Shown here piece after piece: positions 1-9,864 of a DNA stretch of 52,487 bases (positions within the stretch are counted from its first letter, which is position 1; the number at the start of each line of letters is the position of its first letter). The stretch lies in contig JAOPZV010000299.1 of assembly GCA_025963935.1 (NCBI GenBank), positions 1-52,487 of the forward strand, in the 5' to 3' direction. Made by a program: the position numbers and the translations under genes. Origin of the DNA: Solirubrobacterales bacterium (GTDB lineage: Bacteria > Actinomycetota > Thermoleophilia > Solirubrobacterales > Solirubrobacteraceae). The notes below the pieces were generated by a model. That model searched no databases. It saw only the letters and a list, made by a program, of their open reading frames with translations, and was not told where the DNA came from.

Positions 1-432
1 GGCGCCCGCGATGGCGGCCGCGAGCACGCCGGTGCGTTGGTCCTCGCCGCCGCCGACCCCGCCCAGCCCTACGGCGCCGCTCTTCCGTGGCCGAAGCGTG
101 AGGGTCAGGAGCGCAGACCGGCGCGAGTCGCCGGGGCCTATGTCGTGCTGGTGGCAGACGAGCCGCTCCTCTACGTCGAGCGTGGTGGCCGTGGGCTTGT
201 GACGCTCGGTCCGGCGACCGCCGGTGTGGGGGCAATGAAGTCCGCCGTGGGCGAGCCGGACGCGCTGCGCACGGCCCTGCAGGCGCTCGCCGAGGCGGTC
301 CGCGCAGGACGCATCCCGAAGCTCTCGCTGGAGCGCATCGACGGGGAGCCGGCGATTGGCTCGGAGCTCGTCGAGCTGCTCATGGAGTTGGGCTTCCACT
401 CGGGGCCCCGTCGCCTGACGCTCACAGCCTGA
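1..432 (+). CDS. lhr: Lhr-family ATP-dependent helicase, C-terminal fragment (5' truncated by window edge)
   Basis: Frame 1 is open from base 1. VLAAADPAQPYGAALPWP...ARVAGAYVVL...LYVERGGR matches the C-terminus of long actinobacterial Lhr helicases. Confidence 0.8.
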   Translation, partial: GARDGGREHAGALVLAAADPAQPYGAALPWPKREGQERRPARVAGAYVVLVADEPLLYVERGGRGLVTLGPATAGVGAMKSAVGEPDALRTALQALAEAVRAGRIPKLSLERIDGEPAIGSELVELLMELGFHSGPRRLTLTA

Positions 433-568
433 CCTCGCTCCGGCCGGGATCGGCTGGCCTGCGAGCACGAGACTCGTGAGCCGATCTCGGGGGACGGCTC
501 GAGGCTTCCCGCCAACAACCGTCCAGCCGGCGTTGCAGGTGCGGAGCTGACTGTCTAGATTTCGAATT

Positions 569-1891
569 ATGGGAATAGATAGGACCGGCGGAGAGGACCT
601 CTCGCCGCTCTACAGGCGCCTGCCGTACGGGCCCAAACGGATCGATCGCGACGAGGTGGCCCGCAATCAGCGCGCACGGCTCTATGGCGCGATGATGGAG
701 TCGGTCGATCGGCGCGGCTACCGGGCCACGACCGTCGCCCACCTGGTCGCGCTTGCCGGCGTATCGCGCAGGGCCTTCTACGAACAGTTCCCCAACAAGG
801 AACACTGCTTCCTGGCCACCTACGACATCGTGGTCGCTCGCGAGCGCAAGCGGGTGACCGAGGCGTGGAAGCGCGAGCGCGGCTGGACGAACCGCCTGCA
901 TGCGGCCTGCGGGACATTGCTGGAGGACATCGCTCGTGATCCGAAGGGCCCCCGCCTGGTGCTGATCGAGTCGCTGGCACTCGGAGCGAGCGGGCGAGAA
1001 CGCATGCAGCTCGCCGGCCTCACCTTCGAGAGGCTCCTCGCGACCGTCTTTCGCATCGCGCCCGACGGCGCCGCGCTGCCGGCGCTCGCCTCACGAGCGG
1101 TCGTCGGCGGGATCCGTCAGGTCCTCTTCATGCGCATGCTCGAGGATCGCCACAGCGAGCTCGACGCGCTGACCGACGAAGTCCTCGACTGGATCGAGTC
1201 CTACCGCTCGCCCGCCGCCGCGCGGCTGCTCAGCGCCGCCTCGCCTCCCCCGCGCCAGCCACCCCTCGTCCGCGCCGCGTTCCTGCATTGCGAAGACAGG
1301 CGCGCGCGAGCCCTCGGCTCGCTCGTGGACCTGACCATCGACGGCGGCTACGCCGCGCTGACGGACGGCCAGATCGCACAGTTCGCGGGCATCTCGACGG
1401 AGGCCTTCCATCAGGAGTTCGCCAACAAGGAGGAGTGCTTCCTGGCGGTGCTCGACGAATTCACCGGCGAAGCGCTCGGCGCGGCGAAGACGGCGCTCGA
1501 GTGCGGGCAGTCCTGGCCGCAGGCGGTCGATCGGGCGATGCGCGCGTTCATCGAACATCTCCTTGCGCGACGCGCTCTGCTGAGGATCGCCTTCATCGAC
1601 CTGTTCGAAGTGGGCCCCGCGGTGAGCGGCCGTCTGGCGACGTCGATCGAAGCGCTGACAGCGCTCCTGACCGAGCCGGGCCCGCCCCCCCGCCGCGCAC
1701 CGACGCTCGCCCGGGAAGCGGTCAGCGGCGCGATCTGGGCGGTGCTTGCGAGCTGTGCCTCCGGGGACGGCGCCTCGCGCCTGCCGCTGCTGGTCGATCA
1801 GCTGACGTTCATCGTGCTCGCCCCATACATCGGGCCGAAGGCCGCGACGGAGGCGATCCGCGCCGGCCGCACGCAGGCGCGCCCGGCCTGA
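569..1891 (+). CDS. TetR/AcrR-family transcriptional regulator with two tandem TetR units
   Basis: Two HTH motifs, GYRATTVAHLVALAGVSRRAFYEQFPNKEHCF and GYAALTDGQIAQFAGISTEAFHQEFANKEECF; 440 aa. Confidence 0.85.
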   Translation: MGIDRTGGEDLSPLYRRLPYGPKRIDRDEVARNQRARLYGAMMESVDRRGYRATTVAHLVALAGVSRRAFYEQFPNKEHCFLATYDIVVARERKRVTEAWKRERGWTNRLHAACGTLLEDIARDPKGPRLVLIESLALGASGRERMQLAGLTFERLLATVFRIAPDGAALPALASRAVVGGIRQVLFMRMLEDRHSELDALTDEVLDWIESYRSPAAARLLSAASPPPRQPPLVRAAFLHCEDRRARALGSLVDLTIDGGYAALTDGQIAQFAGISTEAFHQEFANKEECFLAVLDEFTGEALGAAKTALECGQSWPQAVDRAMRAFIEHLLARRALLRIAFIDLFEVGPAVSGRLATSIEALTALLTEPGPPPRRAPTLAREAVSGAIWAVLASCASGDGASRLPLLVDQLTFIVLAPYIGPKAATEAIRAGRTQARPA

Positions 1892-1948
1892 CGGGGCCGG
1901 CTCGCTCAGCCCGCTCGGCAAGCCCCGCATCACGGCTGGGACTCTGCG

Positions 1949-2689
1949 ATGGTGGTTGCGATGATCGAGCCGACCTTGAAGCGCATCCGCCGCGTCGGTC
2001 ACAAGGGCGCCGCGCACATCGAGCCGGGCAACACGCTCGCGAGCTTTGACGCGGCGCTGCGCCACGGCGTCGACATGATCGAGCTCGACGTTCTGAGCGA
2101 GCGCCCCGACGGCAGCGGCCGGCTGCTGGTGGCTCACGACTACGAGGACATGCGCTCGCGCACTCCGCTGAGCCTCGAGGAGGCGCTCGAGCACCTCGCC
2201 GGCGAGGAGTTCGCGGACATCGAGCTCGACGTCGACGTCAAGCTGCCGGGTTACGAGCTGCGCGTGCTCGAGACGTTGCGCGAGTTCGAGCTCGTCCCGC
2301 GGACACTGATCAGCGGGATGTTTCCCTCAGGACTCGCGTTGATCCGCGCGGCGGAGCCTGCCTTGCGCCTGGGCTGGTCGGTGCCGCGCGTGCGCCGTGA
2401 CTACACGACCGACATGCTGACCGCGATCCCCGCACTGGCGATGCTCACCGGTTACCGCGCGATGCTGCCGCGCCGCGTCCGCCTGGCGCTCGCAGAACAC
2501 CGCTTCGACGCGATCATGGCCCACTGGCGGGTGGTGACCGGGTCGCTGGTCCGAGCCGTCGCGGACGGCGGAGGCGAGCTCTACGTGTGGACCGTCGACG
2601 ACGCGAGGATGATCGCCAAGCTGACCGACATGGGCGTCGACGGCATCATCACGAACGACCCGCGACTGTTCAGCCGATCGCGCACGTAG
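1949..2689 (+). CDS. glycerophosphodiester phosphodiesterase family protein
   Basis: GHKGA...PGNTLASF...IELDV and WTVDD...GVDGIITNDP motifs. Start may be the ATG at 1961. Confidence 0.9.
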   Translation: MVVAMIEPTLKRIRRVGHKGAAHIEPGNTLASFDAALRHGVDMIELDVLSERPDGSGRLLVAHDYEDMRSRTPLSLEEALEHLAGEEFADIELDVDVKLPGYELRVLETLREFELVPRTLISGMFPSGLALIRAAEPALRLGWSVPRVRRDYTTDMLTAIPALAMLTGYRAMLPRRVRLALAEHRFDAIMAHWRVVTGSLVRAVADGGGELYVWTVDDARMIAKLTDMGVDGIITNDPRLFSRSRT

Positions 2690-3200
2690 CGACGCTGAAG
2701 CCGGCCGGGTCGGCACCGGCGAGGCTGCGGTGCCCGGCGGTCGTCGGCCGGGCCGCGGACTCGAGGACCTTCTTGCCGCGTCGCCACTGGAAGTCCACGA
2801 CCCCGCGCATGGTGTACGCGGTCTTCCCCGGCACCAGTTGGAAGCTCCTGCCCCCCTGGCGGGGCGAGGCGCCGGTACCGACGGCGACATAGCTGGAGCT
2901 CGCGCTCGACAGGTCGGTCCAGCGGTTGGTGGGCGCGTCGAGATACTGGAGGCGGAAGCTCATGTACATCTTGTCGCGGGCGCGTCCGTCCCCCGGCATC
3001 GACCCGCGGATTCCGATCGTGTTGGGCTGGTCGGTTGGGCTGCACACATCGACCGTGGCCCACAGTTCATGAGAGCTCAGCAAGGCGTGACGCAGCGCGC
3101 TTCCCTTGCCGGCGCTGCCCGGCGTGGAGGCTGCCAGCGCGGGCGCCGGCAGCGCCGCGAGGCTGACCAGCGCGGCGAGCAGGCTCTTTGCTGTGGGCAT
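2670..3200 (-). CDS. secreted hypothetical protein
   Basis: Sec-type signal peptide (MPTAKSLLAALVSLAALPAPALA) followed by a beta-rich domain with two Cys. Confidence 0.7.
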   Translation of the reverse strand: MPTAKSLLAALVSLAALPAPALAASTPGSAGKGSALRHALLSSHELWATVDVCSPTDQPNTIGIRGSMPGDGRARDKMYMSFRLQYLDAPTNRWTDLSSASSSYVAVGTGASPRQGGRSFQLVPGKTAYTMRGVVDFQWRRGKKVLESAARPTTAGHRSLAGADPAGFSVATCAIG

Positions 3201-3257
3201 GCCGTGAAGATAGCGCCGCTAAGCGTCGCTGCGCGCCGGTGTGGTATCTCCTGCACG

Positions 3258-3956
3258 ATGGCGGCTACGCGCTCAGAGGAGGTTGTGGAGCTGCTCGGAC
3301 GGGTGCCCGTCTTCTCAACGCTCGAGCGCGGCGACCTCGAACGGATCGCCGAGCTGTCGGTGCCCCGCCAGTTCGAGCCCGGCCAGGCGGTTTTTCGCGA
3401 GGGCGACGCGAGCGACACCTGCTACGTCGTCCGTGAGGGCCACGCGAGGGCGGTCCGGACCCATGGCGACGGGCGCACGATCACCCTCGCAACCTTCGGA
3501 CCCGGCGACATCTTCGGCGAGCTGGCGATGTTCGAGGACGAGCGACGCTCGGCCACAGTCGAGGCGATTGAGCTGACGAGCGTCGTGGCGGTGCTCGGAC
3601 CGGACATGCGCAGGCTGATGAGCCAGCACTCCGAGATCGCCGCGCGACTGGTCATCGCCCTCGGCCGGCGGCTGCGTGAGATGAACGAGCGCCTCTCCCG
3701 GCAGTCCTTCCAGACCGTCCAGAGCCGGGTGGCGGTGGTTCTCAGCCAGCTGGTCGCCGAGGAGGTCGCGGCGGGAAAGGGGCCCGCCGACGTGCTGCTC
3801 ACGGCCACGCAGGCCGACCTGGCGCAGTTGGCAGGGTCCTCGCGCGAGTCCGCCAGCCGCTTCCTCGCCGTGCTCGAGCGGGCCGGCGTGATTTCCCAGG
3901 GGAGGGGGCGGCTCGTCGTCCACGATCCGCAGGCGCTCAAGCAGTATGTCTTCTAG
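3258..3956 (+). CDS. Crp/Fnr-family transcriptional regulator
   Basis: cNMP-binding domain (FREGD...FGELA...RSATV) and C-terminal HTH (TQADLAQLAGSSRESASR). Start taken as ATG 3258 within the longer ORF. Confidence 0.92.
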   Translation: MAATRSEEVVELLGRVPVFSTLERGDLERIAELSVPRQFEPGQAVFREGDASDTCYVVREGHARAVRTHGDGRTITLATFGPGDIFGELAMFEDERRSATVEAIELTSVVAVLGPDMRRLMSQHSEIAARLVIALGRRLREMNERLSRQSFQTVQSRVAVVLSQLVAEEVAAGKGPADVLLTATQADLAQLAGSSRESASRFLAVLERAGVISQGRGRLVVHDPQALKQYVF

Positions 3957-4413
3957 GCGGTCCGCCTCCGCCCGGCGTTCCGGCGGCACCCCGCCACGCG
4001 AGTACTCGGCCGGCGGGGTGGTCGTCCGCGACGACGAGGTCGTCGTGATCGTTCCGACGCGCCGCGCGGCCGATGGCTCGCGTGTCCTCGCGCTGCCAAA
4101 GGGGCACGTCGACCCGGGCGAGACGCCGCTGGAGGCGGCCGAGCGGGAGGTCCGCGAGGAGACGGGGGTGGTCGCCAAGCCGGCTGGCCAGCTGGGCGAG
4201 GCGCGCTACTGGTACAGGCGCGACGGGCGCACGATCGGCAAGACGGTCACCTTCTACCTCTTCAGGTACCTCGAGGGCGACACGAGGGATCACGACGAGG
4301 AGGTCGAAGAGGCACGGTGGATCCCGCTCCGCGAGGCGCAGACGCAACTGACGCATGCGGCCGAGCGCGAGATGGTGGGACTGGCGATGGCCTGCCTGGA
4401 GAAAGACCGGTAG
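3946..4413 (+). CDS. NUDIX hydrolase
   Basis: Nudix box GHVDPGETPLEAAEREVREETGV; overlaps the Crp gene stop. Confidence 0.92.
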   Translation: MSSRRSASARRSGGTPPREYSAGGVVVRDDEVVVIVPTRRAADGSRVLALPKGHVDPGETPLEAAEREVREETGVVAKPAGQLGEARYWYRRDGRTIGKTVTFYLFRYLEGDTRDHDEEVEEARWIPLREAQTQLTHAAEREMVGLAMACLEKDR

Positions 4414-4490
4414 CCTGCCGTCGGGTCCCGAAGGCACGACACACCATCCGGCACCTCCCACAAGGCACCTTCCACCAGATCGACTCCACG

Positions 4491-4889
4491 ATGCAGGTCC
4501 TGAACTTCTATTCGACGATCTTCGCCGACGAGCTCAAGCGGGGCCGCAAGACGGCGACGATCCGCCTCGGCGACAAGTCCGGCAAGTACCGCAAGAACCA
4601 GTCGGTGCTCGTCACGATCGGCTACCAGTACTCGCCGCGCGAACGGATCTTCGAAGCGGTGATCGACCAGGTGGAGGTCACGAAGGTCGCCGACCTCTCG
4701 CCCCGCGACATCAAGCACGACAACCCGGAGTTTCGCCGCCACGAGGAACTGATCAACTTCCTCGAACAGATCTACGGGCGGGGCGTGTCGATGGAGGACA
4801 CGGTGACCGTCGTGCGCTTCTCCCAGATACTCGACAACCCGACGGGCATGACCGAGGCCATGAAGGGCTTCGGCGGCGCTCAGAACTAA
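4491..4889 (+). CDS. ASCH-domain (PUA-like) nucleic-acid-binding protein
   Basis: ASCH signature GRKTATIR close to ATG 4491. Confidence 0.8.
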   Translation: MQVLNFYSTIFADELKRGRKTATIRLGDKSGKYRKNQSVLVTIGYQYSPRERIFEAVIDQVEVTKVADLSPRDIKHDNPEFRRHEELINFLEQIYGRGVSMEDTVTVVRFSQILDNPTGMTEAMKGFGGAQN

Positions 4890-4954
4890 GGGGCGCCACC
4901 GCCGCCCGCGCTGCCGCGCGCCGGTCGGGCGGTGCCCTCTCCTCGCCGGTCGCG

Positions 4955-4981
4955 GTGGCAGTCGCAACGTCCGAGTGCCAT
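4955..4981 (+). promoter_or_regulatory. degenerate CIRCE element (HrcA operator), upstream copy
   Basis: GTGGCAGTC-N9-GAGTGCCAT compared with consensus TTAGCACTC-N9-GAGTGCTAA. Confidence 0.7.
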
Positions 4982-5026
4982 TTTCCTTGGGAACGGCGCC
5001 GGATGTTCTATATATTGGGGCTGTAG

Positions 5027-5053
5027 TTGGCACTCTCCCCCCGAGAGTGCCAA
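5027..5053 (+). promoter_or_regulatory. CIRCE element (HrcA operator)
   Basis: Perfect inverted repeat TTGGCACTC-N9-GAGTGCCAA upstream of groES. Confidence 0.95.
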
Positions 5054-5122
5054 TTTGCGGACTCGCCCGGGCAACGGCCCGCGAGCCAACGGTCGCAGTT
5101 CCTAGATGGAGGTTTTAACGAC

Positions 5123-5416
5123 ATGAAACTCAAGCCCCTGGGGGATCGCCTCATCGTGAAAGCGGTTGAGGAGGAGGAGACCACAGCGAGCGGCATCGTC
5201 TTGCCCGACACCGCCAAAGAGAAGCCGCAGAAGGGCAAGGTCCTCGCCGTCGGCGACGGCAGGATCGAGGACGGCAAACGCGTTCCGCTGGACGTGAGCG
5301 AGGGCGACGAGGTCCTCTACAGCAAATACGGCGGGACCGAGATTATTGATCCTGACAACGGGGAGGACCTGCTCGTGTTGCGCGAGTCCGATGTCCTGGC
5401 CCGCGTCGAGGCTTAA
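5123..5416 (+). CDS. groES: co-chaperonin GroES
   Basis: [12 protein letters not shown]...[18 protein letters not shown]; GGAGG RBS upstream. Confidence 0.98.
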   Translation: MKLKPLGDRLIVKAVEEEETTASGIVLPDTAKEKPQKGKVLAVGDGRIEDGKRVPLDVSEGDEVLYSKYGGTEIIDPDNGEDLLVLRESDVLARVEA

Positions 5417-5431
5417 GGAGACCAGCAAGAA

Positions 5432-7078
5432 ATGGCACACAAGGAGCTCAAGTACAACGCAGAGGCGCGCAAAGCGCTCGAGGCCGGCGTCGACGCGGTG
5501 GCAAACGCCGTCAAGGTCACGCTCGGGCCGAAGGGCCGTTATGTCGTGCTCGACAAGAAATTCGGCGCGCCCACGATCACCAACGACGGCGTGACGATCG
5601 CCCGTGAGATCGAGGTCGAGGACGTGTTCGAGAACCAGGGCGCGCAGCTCGTCCGTGAGGTCGCGACGGCCACGAACGACGTCGCGGGCGACGGCACCAC
5701 CACGGCGACCGTGCTGGCGCAGGCAATCGTGCGTCAGGGCCTGAAGAACGTCGCCGCCGGGGCAAACCCGCTGGCGCTCAAACGCGGCATCGAGAAATCA
5801 GTCGACCAGGTGGTCGCCAACATCGCCTCGCAGGCCAAGGAGGTCTCCGGCAAGGACCAGATCGCTCGCGTCGCGACGATCTCAGCCGGCGACGAGGAGA
5901 TCGGCGATGTGATCGCCGACGCGATCGACAAGGTCGGCAAGGATGGCGTGGTGAACGTGGAGGAGGGCCAGACGTTCGGCATGGATCTCGAATTCACCGA
6001 GGGCATGCAGTTCGACAAGGGCTACATCTCGCCGTACATGGTCACCGACCAGGACCGCATGGAGGCGGTGCTCGAGGACCCGTACATCCTGATCGCCAAC
6101 CAGAAGATCGGCTCGGTGCGCGACATCCTGCCGGTCCTCGAGCAGGTGATCCAGAGCGGTAAGCCTCTGCTGATCATCGCCGAGGACGTCGAAGGCGAGT
6201 CGCTCGCGACGCTCGTCGTGAACAAGCTTCGCGGCACGTTCACAGGCGTGGCAGTCAAGGCTCCGGGCTTCGGCGACCGCCGCAAGCGCATGCTCGAGGA
6301 CATCGCCATCCTCGCCGGCGGTGAAGTGATCACCGAGGAGCTCGGCCTGAAGCTGGAGAACACGAAACTCGACCAGCTCGGACGGGCGCGGCGTGTGGTG
6401 GTCACGAAAGACACGACCACGATCGTCGACGGCTCAGGTGACCCGGAGGCGATCAAAGGCCGCATCAACCAGATCAAAGCCGAAATCGAGAACACCGACT
6501 CGGACTTCGACCGCGAGAAGCTCCAGGAACGACTGGCCAAGCTCTCCGGCGGAGTAGCTGTCGTGAAGGTCGGGGCGGCTACCGAGACGGAGATGAAGGA
6601 GAAGAAGCACCGCGTCGAGGACGCGCTGCAGGCCACGCGGGCCGCACTCGAGGAGGGCATCGTGCCCGGCGGCGGCGTCGCGCTGCTGCAGGCCTCGGCG
6701 GCTGTCACGATCGACGCCGACGGCGCCTCCACGGACGGGTCCGATGATGAGCGCACGGGTGCTCGCATCGTGCTGCGCGCGCTCGAGGAGCCACTACGCC
6801 AGCTGGCAGAGAATGCCGGGCTGGAGGGTTCCGTCGTGGTCAACGAAGTCCGCAACGCCAAACCGGGTTACGGCCTGAACGCGGCGACCAACCAGATAGT
6901 CGATCTCGTGGCCGAGGGCATCATCGACCCGGCCATGGTCACCCGCTCGGCGCTGCAGAACGCGGCCTCGATCGCCAAGAACATCCTCACCACCGAGGCG
7001 ATCGTCGCCGAAGTTCCGGAGAAGGATGGCGGCGGTGGCGGTGGCGGCGGCATGCCCGACATGAGCGGAATGATGTAG
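5432..7078 (+). CDS. groEL: chaperonin GroEL
   Basis: [19 protein letters not shown] and [10 protein letters not shown] motifs; Gly/Met-rich tail. Confidence 0.99.
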   Translation: MAHKELKYNAEARKALEAGVDAVANAVKVTLGPKGRYVVLDKKFGAPTITNDGVTIAREIEVEDVFENQGAQLVREVATATNDVAGDGTTTATVLAQAIVRQGLKNVAAGANPLALKRGIEKSVDQVVANIASQAKEVSGKDQIARVATISAGDEEIGDVIADAIDKVGKDGVVNVEEGQTFGMDLEFTEGMQFDKGYISPYMVTDQDRMEAVLEDPYILIANQKIGSVRDILPVLEQVIQSGKPLLIIAEDVEGESLATLVVNKLRGTFTGVAVKAPGFGDRRKRMLEDIAILAGGEVITEELGLKLENTKLDQLGRARRVVVTKDTTTIVDGSGDPEAIKGRINQIKAEIENTDSDFDREKLQERLAKLSGGVAVVKVGAATETEMKEKKHRVEDALQATRAALEEGIVPGGGVALLQASAAVTIDADGASTDGSDDERTGARIVLRALEEPLRQLAENAGLEGSVVVNEVRNAKPGYGLNAATNQIVDLVAEGIIDPAMVTRSALQNAASIAKNILTTEAIVAEVPEKDGGGGGGGGMPDMSGMM

Positions 7079-7121
7079 TCACGCCCTGTAGGCGGCGCGG
7101 TGCGCCGCCGATGAGCAGGTT

Positions 7122-7156
7122 GAGGGCCCGGCATGATGCCGGGCCCTCGCTTTTTT
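7122..7156 (+). terminator. intrinsic terminator after groEL
   Basis: Inverted repeat GAGGGCCCGGCAT-G-ATGCCGGGCCCTC followed by GC and TTTTTT. Confidence 0.85.
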
Positions 7157-7174
7157 CGCCCGCTAGACCTCCGG

Positions 7175-8269
7175 CTAGACCTCCGCGACCGCCCGCGGCC
7201 CCGCGCCGACGTACTTGGCGGTCGGGCGAATCAGCTTGCCCTCGCGCTTCTGCTCGAGGATGTGCGCCGACCAGCCGGCGACCCGCGCACAGGTGAACAT
7301 CGGCGTGAAGAGGTCCGGCGGCACTTCGGCGAGGTCGAGCACCACGGCGGACCAGAACTCGACGTTGGTGGCGAGCACGCGGTCGGGCCGGCGGGCGTGG
7401 AGCTCTGCCAGCGCGGCCTTCTCGAGCGCCTCGGCCGCCTCGAAGCGCGGCGAGCCGAGTTCGCTGCATGTGCGCCGCAGGACGCGCGCGCGGGGATCTT
7501 CGGCACGGTATATGCGGTGGCCGAAGCCCATCAGTCGCTCGCCGCGATCCAGCGCGTCGGAGACCCAGCCCTCGGCATCGCCGGTCTGTTCGACCTCGTC
7601 GAGCATCTTCAGCACGCGCGAGGGTGCGCCGCCGTGCAATGGGCCCGACAGCGCGCCGACCGCGGCCGACAGCGCCGCCGCGACGTCGGCCCCCGTCGAG
7701 GCGACCACACGTGCGGTGAAGGTGGAGGCGTTCATCCCATGCTCGGCCGCGGAGATCCAGTAGGCGTCGATCGCCTTGACGTGGTCGGGGTTGGCCTCCC
7801 CGCGCCAGCGGATGAGAAAGCGCTCGGGGATCGTGCGCCCCTGGTCGACCTCTCCCTGGGGCACCGGCGGCTGGCCCGCTTCCCTCGCTGACTGCGCGAC
7901 GAACGAGAGCGCCATCACGGAGGCGCGGGCAAGGTTGTCGCGCGCCTCCTCGTCGGTGATGTCGATCAGCTGGCTGAAGCCCCACTCGGGCGCGAGCATC
8001 GCAAGGGCGGACTGGACGTCGACGCGGTGATCGCCCGAGCGTACGGTCAGCGCGTGCGGTTCGGCCGGGGGAAGGCCCGGTTTGAAGCGTCCGTCGACGA
8101 GCAGACCCCACACGTGCTCATAGGGGACGGCTCCGACAAGGTTCTCGATGTCGACGCCGCGGTAGCGCAGTGCGCCGCCCTCTTTGTCCGGCTCGGCGAT
8201 CTCGGTGGCGAAGGCGACGACGCCTTCAAGGCCCGACTGGACCTCGCTGATGGTTTGGACCTCGCTCAT
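7175..8269 (-). CDS. citA: citrate synthase 2 (CitA-type)
   Basis: GLEGVVAFATEIAEPD, EHGMNASTFTARV, GPLHGGA, MGFGHRIY and NVEFW motifs; start ATG 8269. Confidence 0.92.
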   Translation of the reverse strand: MSEVQTISEVQSGLEGVVAFATEIAEPDKEGGALRYRGVDIENLVGAVPYEHVWGLLVDGRFKPGLPPAEPHALTVRSGDHRVDVQSALAMLAPEWGFSQLIDITDEEARDNLARASVMALSFVAQSAREAGQPPVPQGEVDQGRTIPERFLIRWRGEANPDHVKAIDAYWISAAEHGMNASTFTARVVASTGADVAAALSAAVGALSGPLHGGAPSRVLKMLDEVEQTGDAEGWVSDALDRGERLMGFGHRIYRAEDPRARVLRRTCSELGSPRFEAAEALEKAALAELHARRPDRVLATNVEFWSAVVLDLAEVPPDLFTPMFTCARVAGWSAHILEQKREGKLIRPTAKYVGAGPRAVAEV

Positions 8270-8421
8270 TGCACTCGCTTTCTGGGCTCGCTGCCGACGG
8301 GGTGGGCTGCCTTGTGGGCAGGGGCACATCGTCGCAGGAAACGGCATGGGGGTAGGCTCTCCGGCAAGGGGTCAGCGGTCCGACCGACGCCGATCGGTCG
8401 ACGAAACCAGGAGGAGAAGCC

Positions 8422-9864
8422 GTGTCCGACAGCAATCTCATGTTCCGCCCGGCGACCGAGCTCGCGAGGATGGTGCACTCGGGCGAGATCTCCGCAGCGG
8501 AGCTCGTGCAGACGTCTCTCGAGCGGATCGAGGAGCTGAACCCCAGCCTCAACGCGTTTGTGCAGGTCGACGCCGAGCGCGCAATGGCAACGGCCGAGAA
8601 GATCGGCCCTGGCGACGAGCGGCCCTTCGCCGGCGTGCCGGTCGCCATCAAGAACAACCGACCGGTGCAGGGGCTTCGCCTCACCTACGGCTGCTCGCTG
8701 ATGTCCGACTACGTGTGCGACTACGACCACAACGTCACCCGCCGCCTGAAGGACGCGGGCTTCGTGATCGTGGGCACCACCACATTGCCCGAGTACGGGA
8801 TCCTGCCTACGAGCGAGGCGCGGCTGTTCGGCCCGACCCGCAACCCGTGGGACCTCGAGCGCACGCCCGGCGGCTCATCGGGCGGTGCGGCGGCCGCGGT
8901 GGCTGCAGGGATCGTGCCGGTCGCCCACGGCAACGACGGCGGAGGCTCGGTGCGCATCCCGGCCGCGTGCTGCGGGCTGGTCGGGCTGAAGCCGACGCGC
9001 GGGCGGATCTCCGCGGCGCCGGAACTGGGCGACTCGTCGCTCGGCATCGACGGCATGCTCACGCGGACCGTCGCCGATACCGCGGCGATTCTCGACGTGC
9101 TCGCCGGCTACGAGCCCGGCGACGCAACCTGGGCGCCGCCGCCGTCGGAGCCGTTCGCAGCGGCCGCGGAACGCTCGCCCGGGCGGATGCGGATCGCGGT
9201 GAGCACACTCCCGCCGGTGCCGGACGCCGTCGTGGACCCGATGGCCGCGCGGGCGGTCTCCGAGGCGGCCGACCTGCTGCGCTCGCTCGGCCACGAGGTC
9301 GAGGAGGTCGATCCGCCGTGGCGCGTCGAGGGGCTCAGCGAGCTGTTCGGAGCCGTCTTCTCGATCCACATCGCTCTGTCGATCACCTACTCCGGGATGG
9401 TGGCCGGTCGGGAGCCAACCGCCGAGGACATGGAGCCGATGAGCTGGGCGATCTACTCGATGGTGAGCAAACTGACCGCCGTGGAGGGGATGGGGGCAAC
9501 CGTGCAGCTGCAGGCGTACGCCAGGCGCCTCGTCTCCTTCCTCGCGCCCTACGACGCCTTGCTCACGCCGGCGCTGGCCGAGCGTCCATTGCCGCTGGGC
9601 GCACTCGACACCGCCGCCCCCGAACCGATGGCCACGTTCACGCGCTCGGGGCTGTTCACACCCTTCACGCCCGTGTTCAACGCCAGCGGGCAGCCGGGCA
9701 TCTCCCTGCCGCTCTACCACGGCGAGGACGGCCTGCCGCTCGGCGTGCAGATCGTCGGGCGCCCGGCGGGTGAGGAGGCGCTGCTGGCCCTCGCCGCCCA
9801 GCTGGAAGAGGCCTCCCCGTGGGCCGACCGGCGCGCGCCGATGGCCGAGGGCGTGCTCGACTAG
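8422..9864 (+). CDS. amidase (amidase signature family)
   Basis: GVPVAIK, TPGGSSGGAAAAV and GNDGGGSVRIPA (Lys-cisSer-Ser triad); GGAG RBS. Confidence 0.93.
   Translation: MSDSNLMFRPATELARMVHSGEISAAELVQTSLERIEELNPSLNAFVQVDAERAMATAEKIGPGDERPFAGVPVAIKNNRPVQGLRLTYGCSLMSDYVCDYDHNVTRRLKDAGFVIVGTTTLPEYGILPTSEARLFGPTRNPWDLERTPGGSSGGAAAAVAAGIVPVAHGNDGGGSVRIPAACCGLVGLKPTRGRISAAPELGDSSLGIDGMLTRTVADTAAILDVLAGYEPGDATWAPPPSEPFAAAAERSPGRMRIAVSTLPPVPDAVVDPMAARAVSEAADLLRSLGHEVEEVDPPWRVEGLSELFGAVFSIHIALSITYSGMVAGREPTAEDMEPMSWAIYSMVSKLTAVEGMGATVQLQAYARRLVSFLAPYDALLTPALAERPLPLGALDTAAPEPMATFTRSGLFTPFTPVFNASGQPGISLPLYHGEDGLPLGVQIVGRPAGEEALLALAAQLEEASPWADRRAPMAEGVLD

Noticed and set aside
466-478. Palindrome CACGAG-A-CTCGTG upstream of the TetR gene
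   Set aside because: Short and single; could be chance or part of a terminator-region hairpin.
7162-7185. 12-bp tandem duplication GCTAGACCTCCG at the citrate synthase stop
   Set aside because: Only two copies, no coding effect and no associated element; likely slippage.
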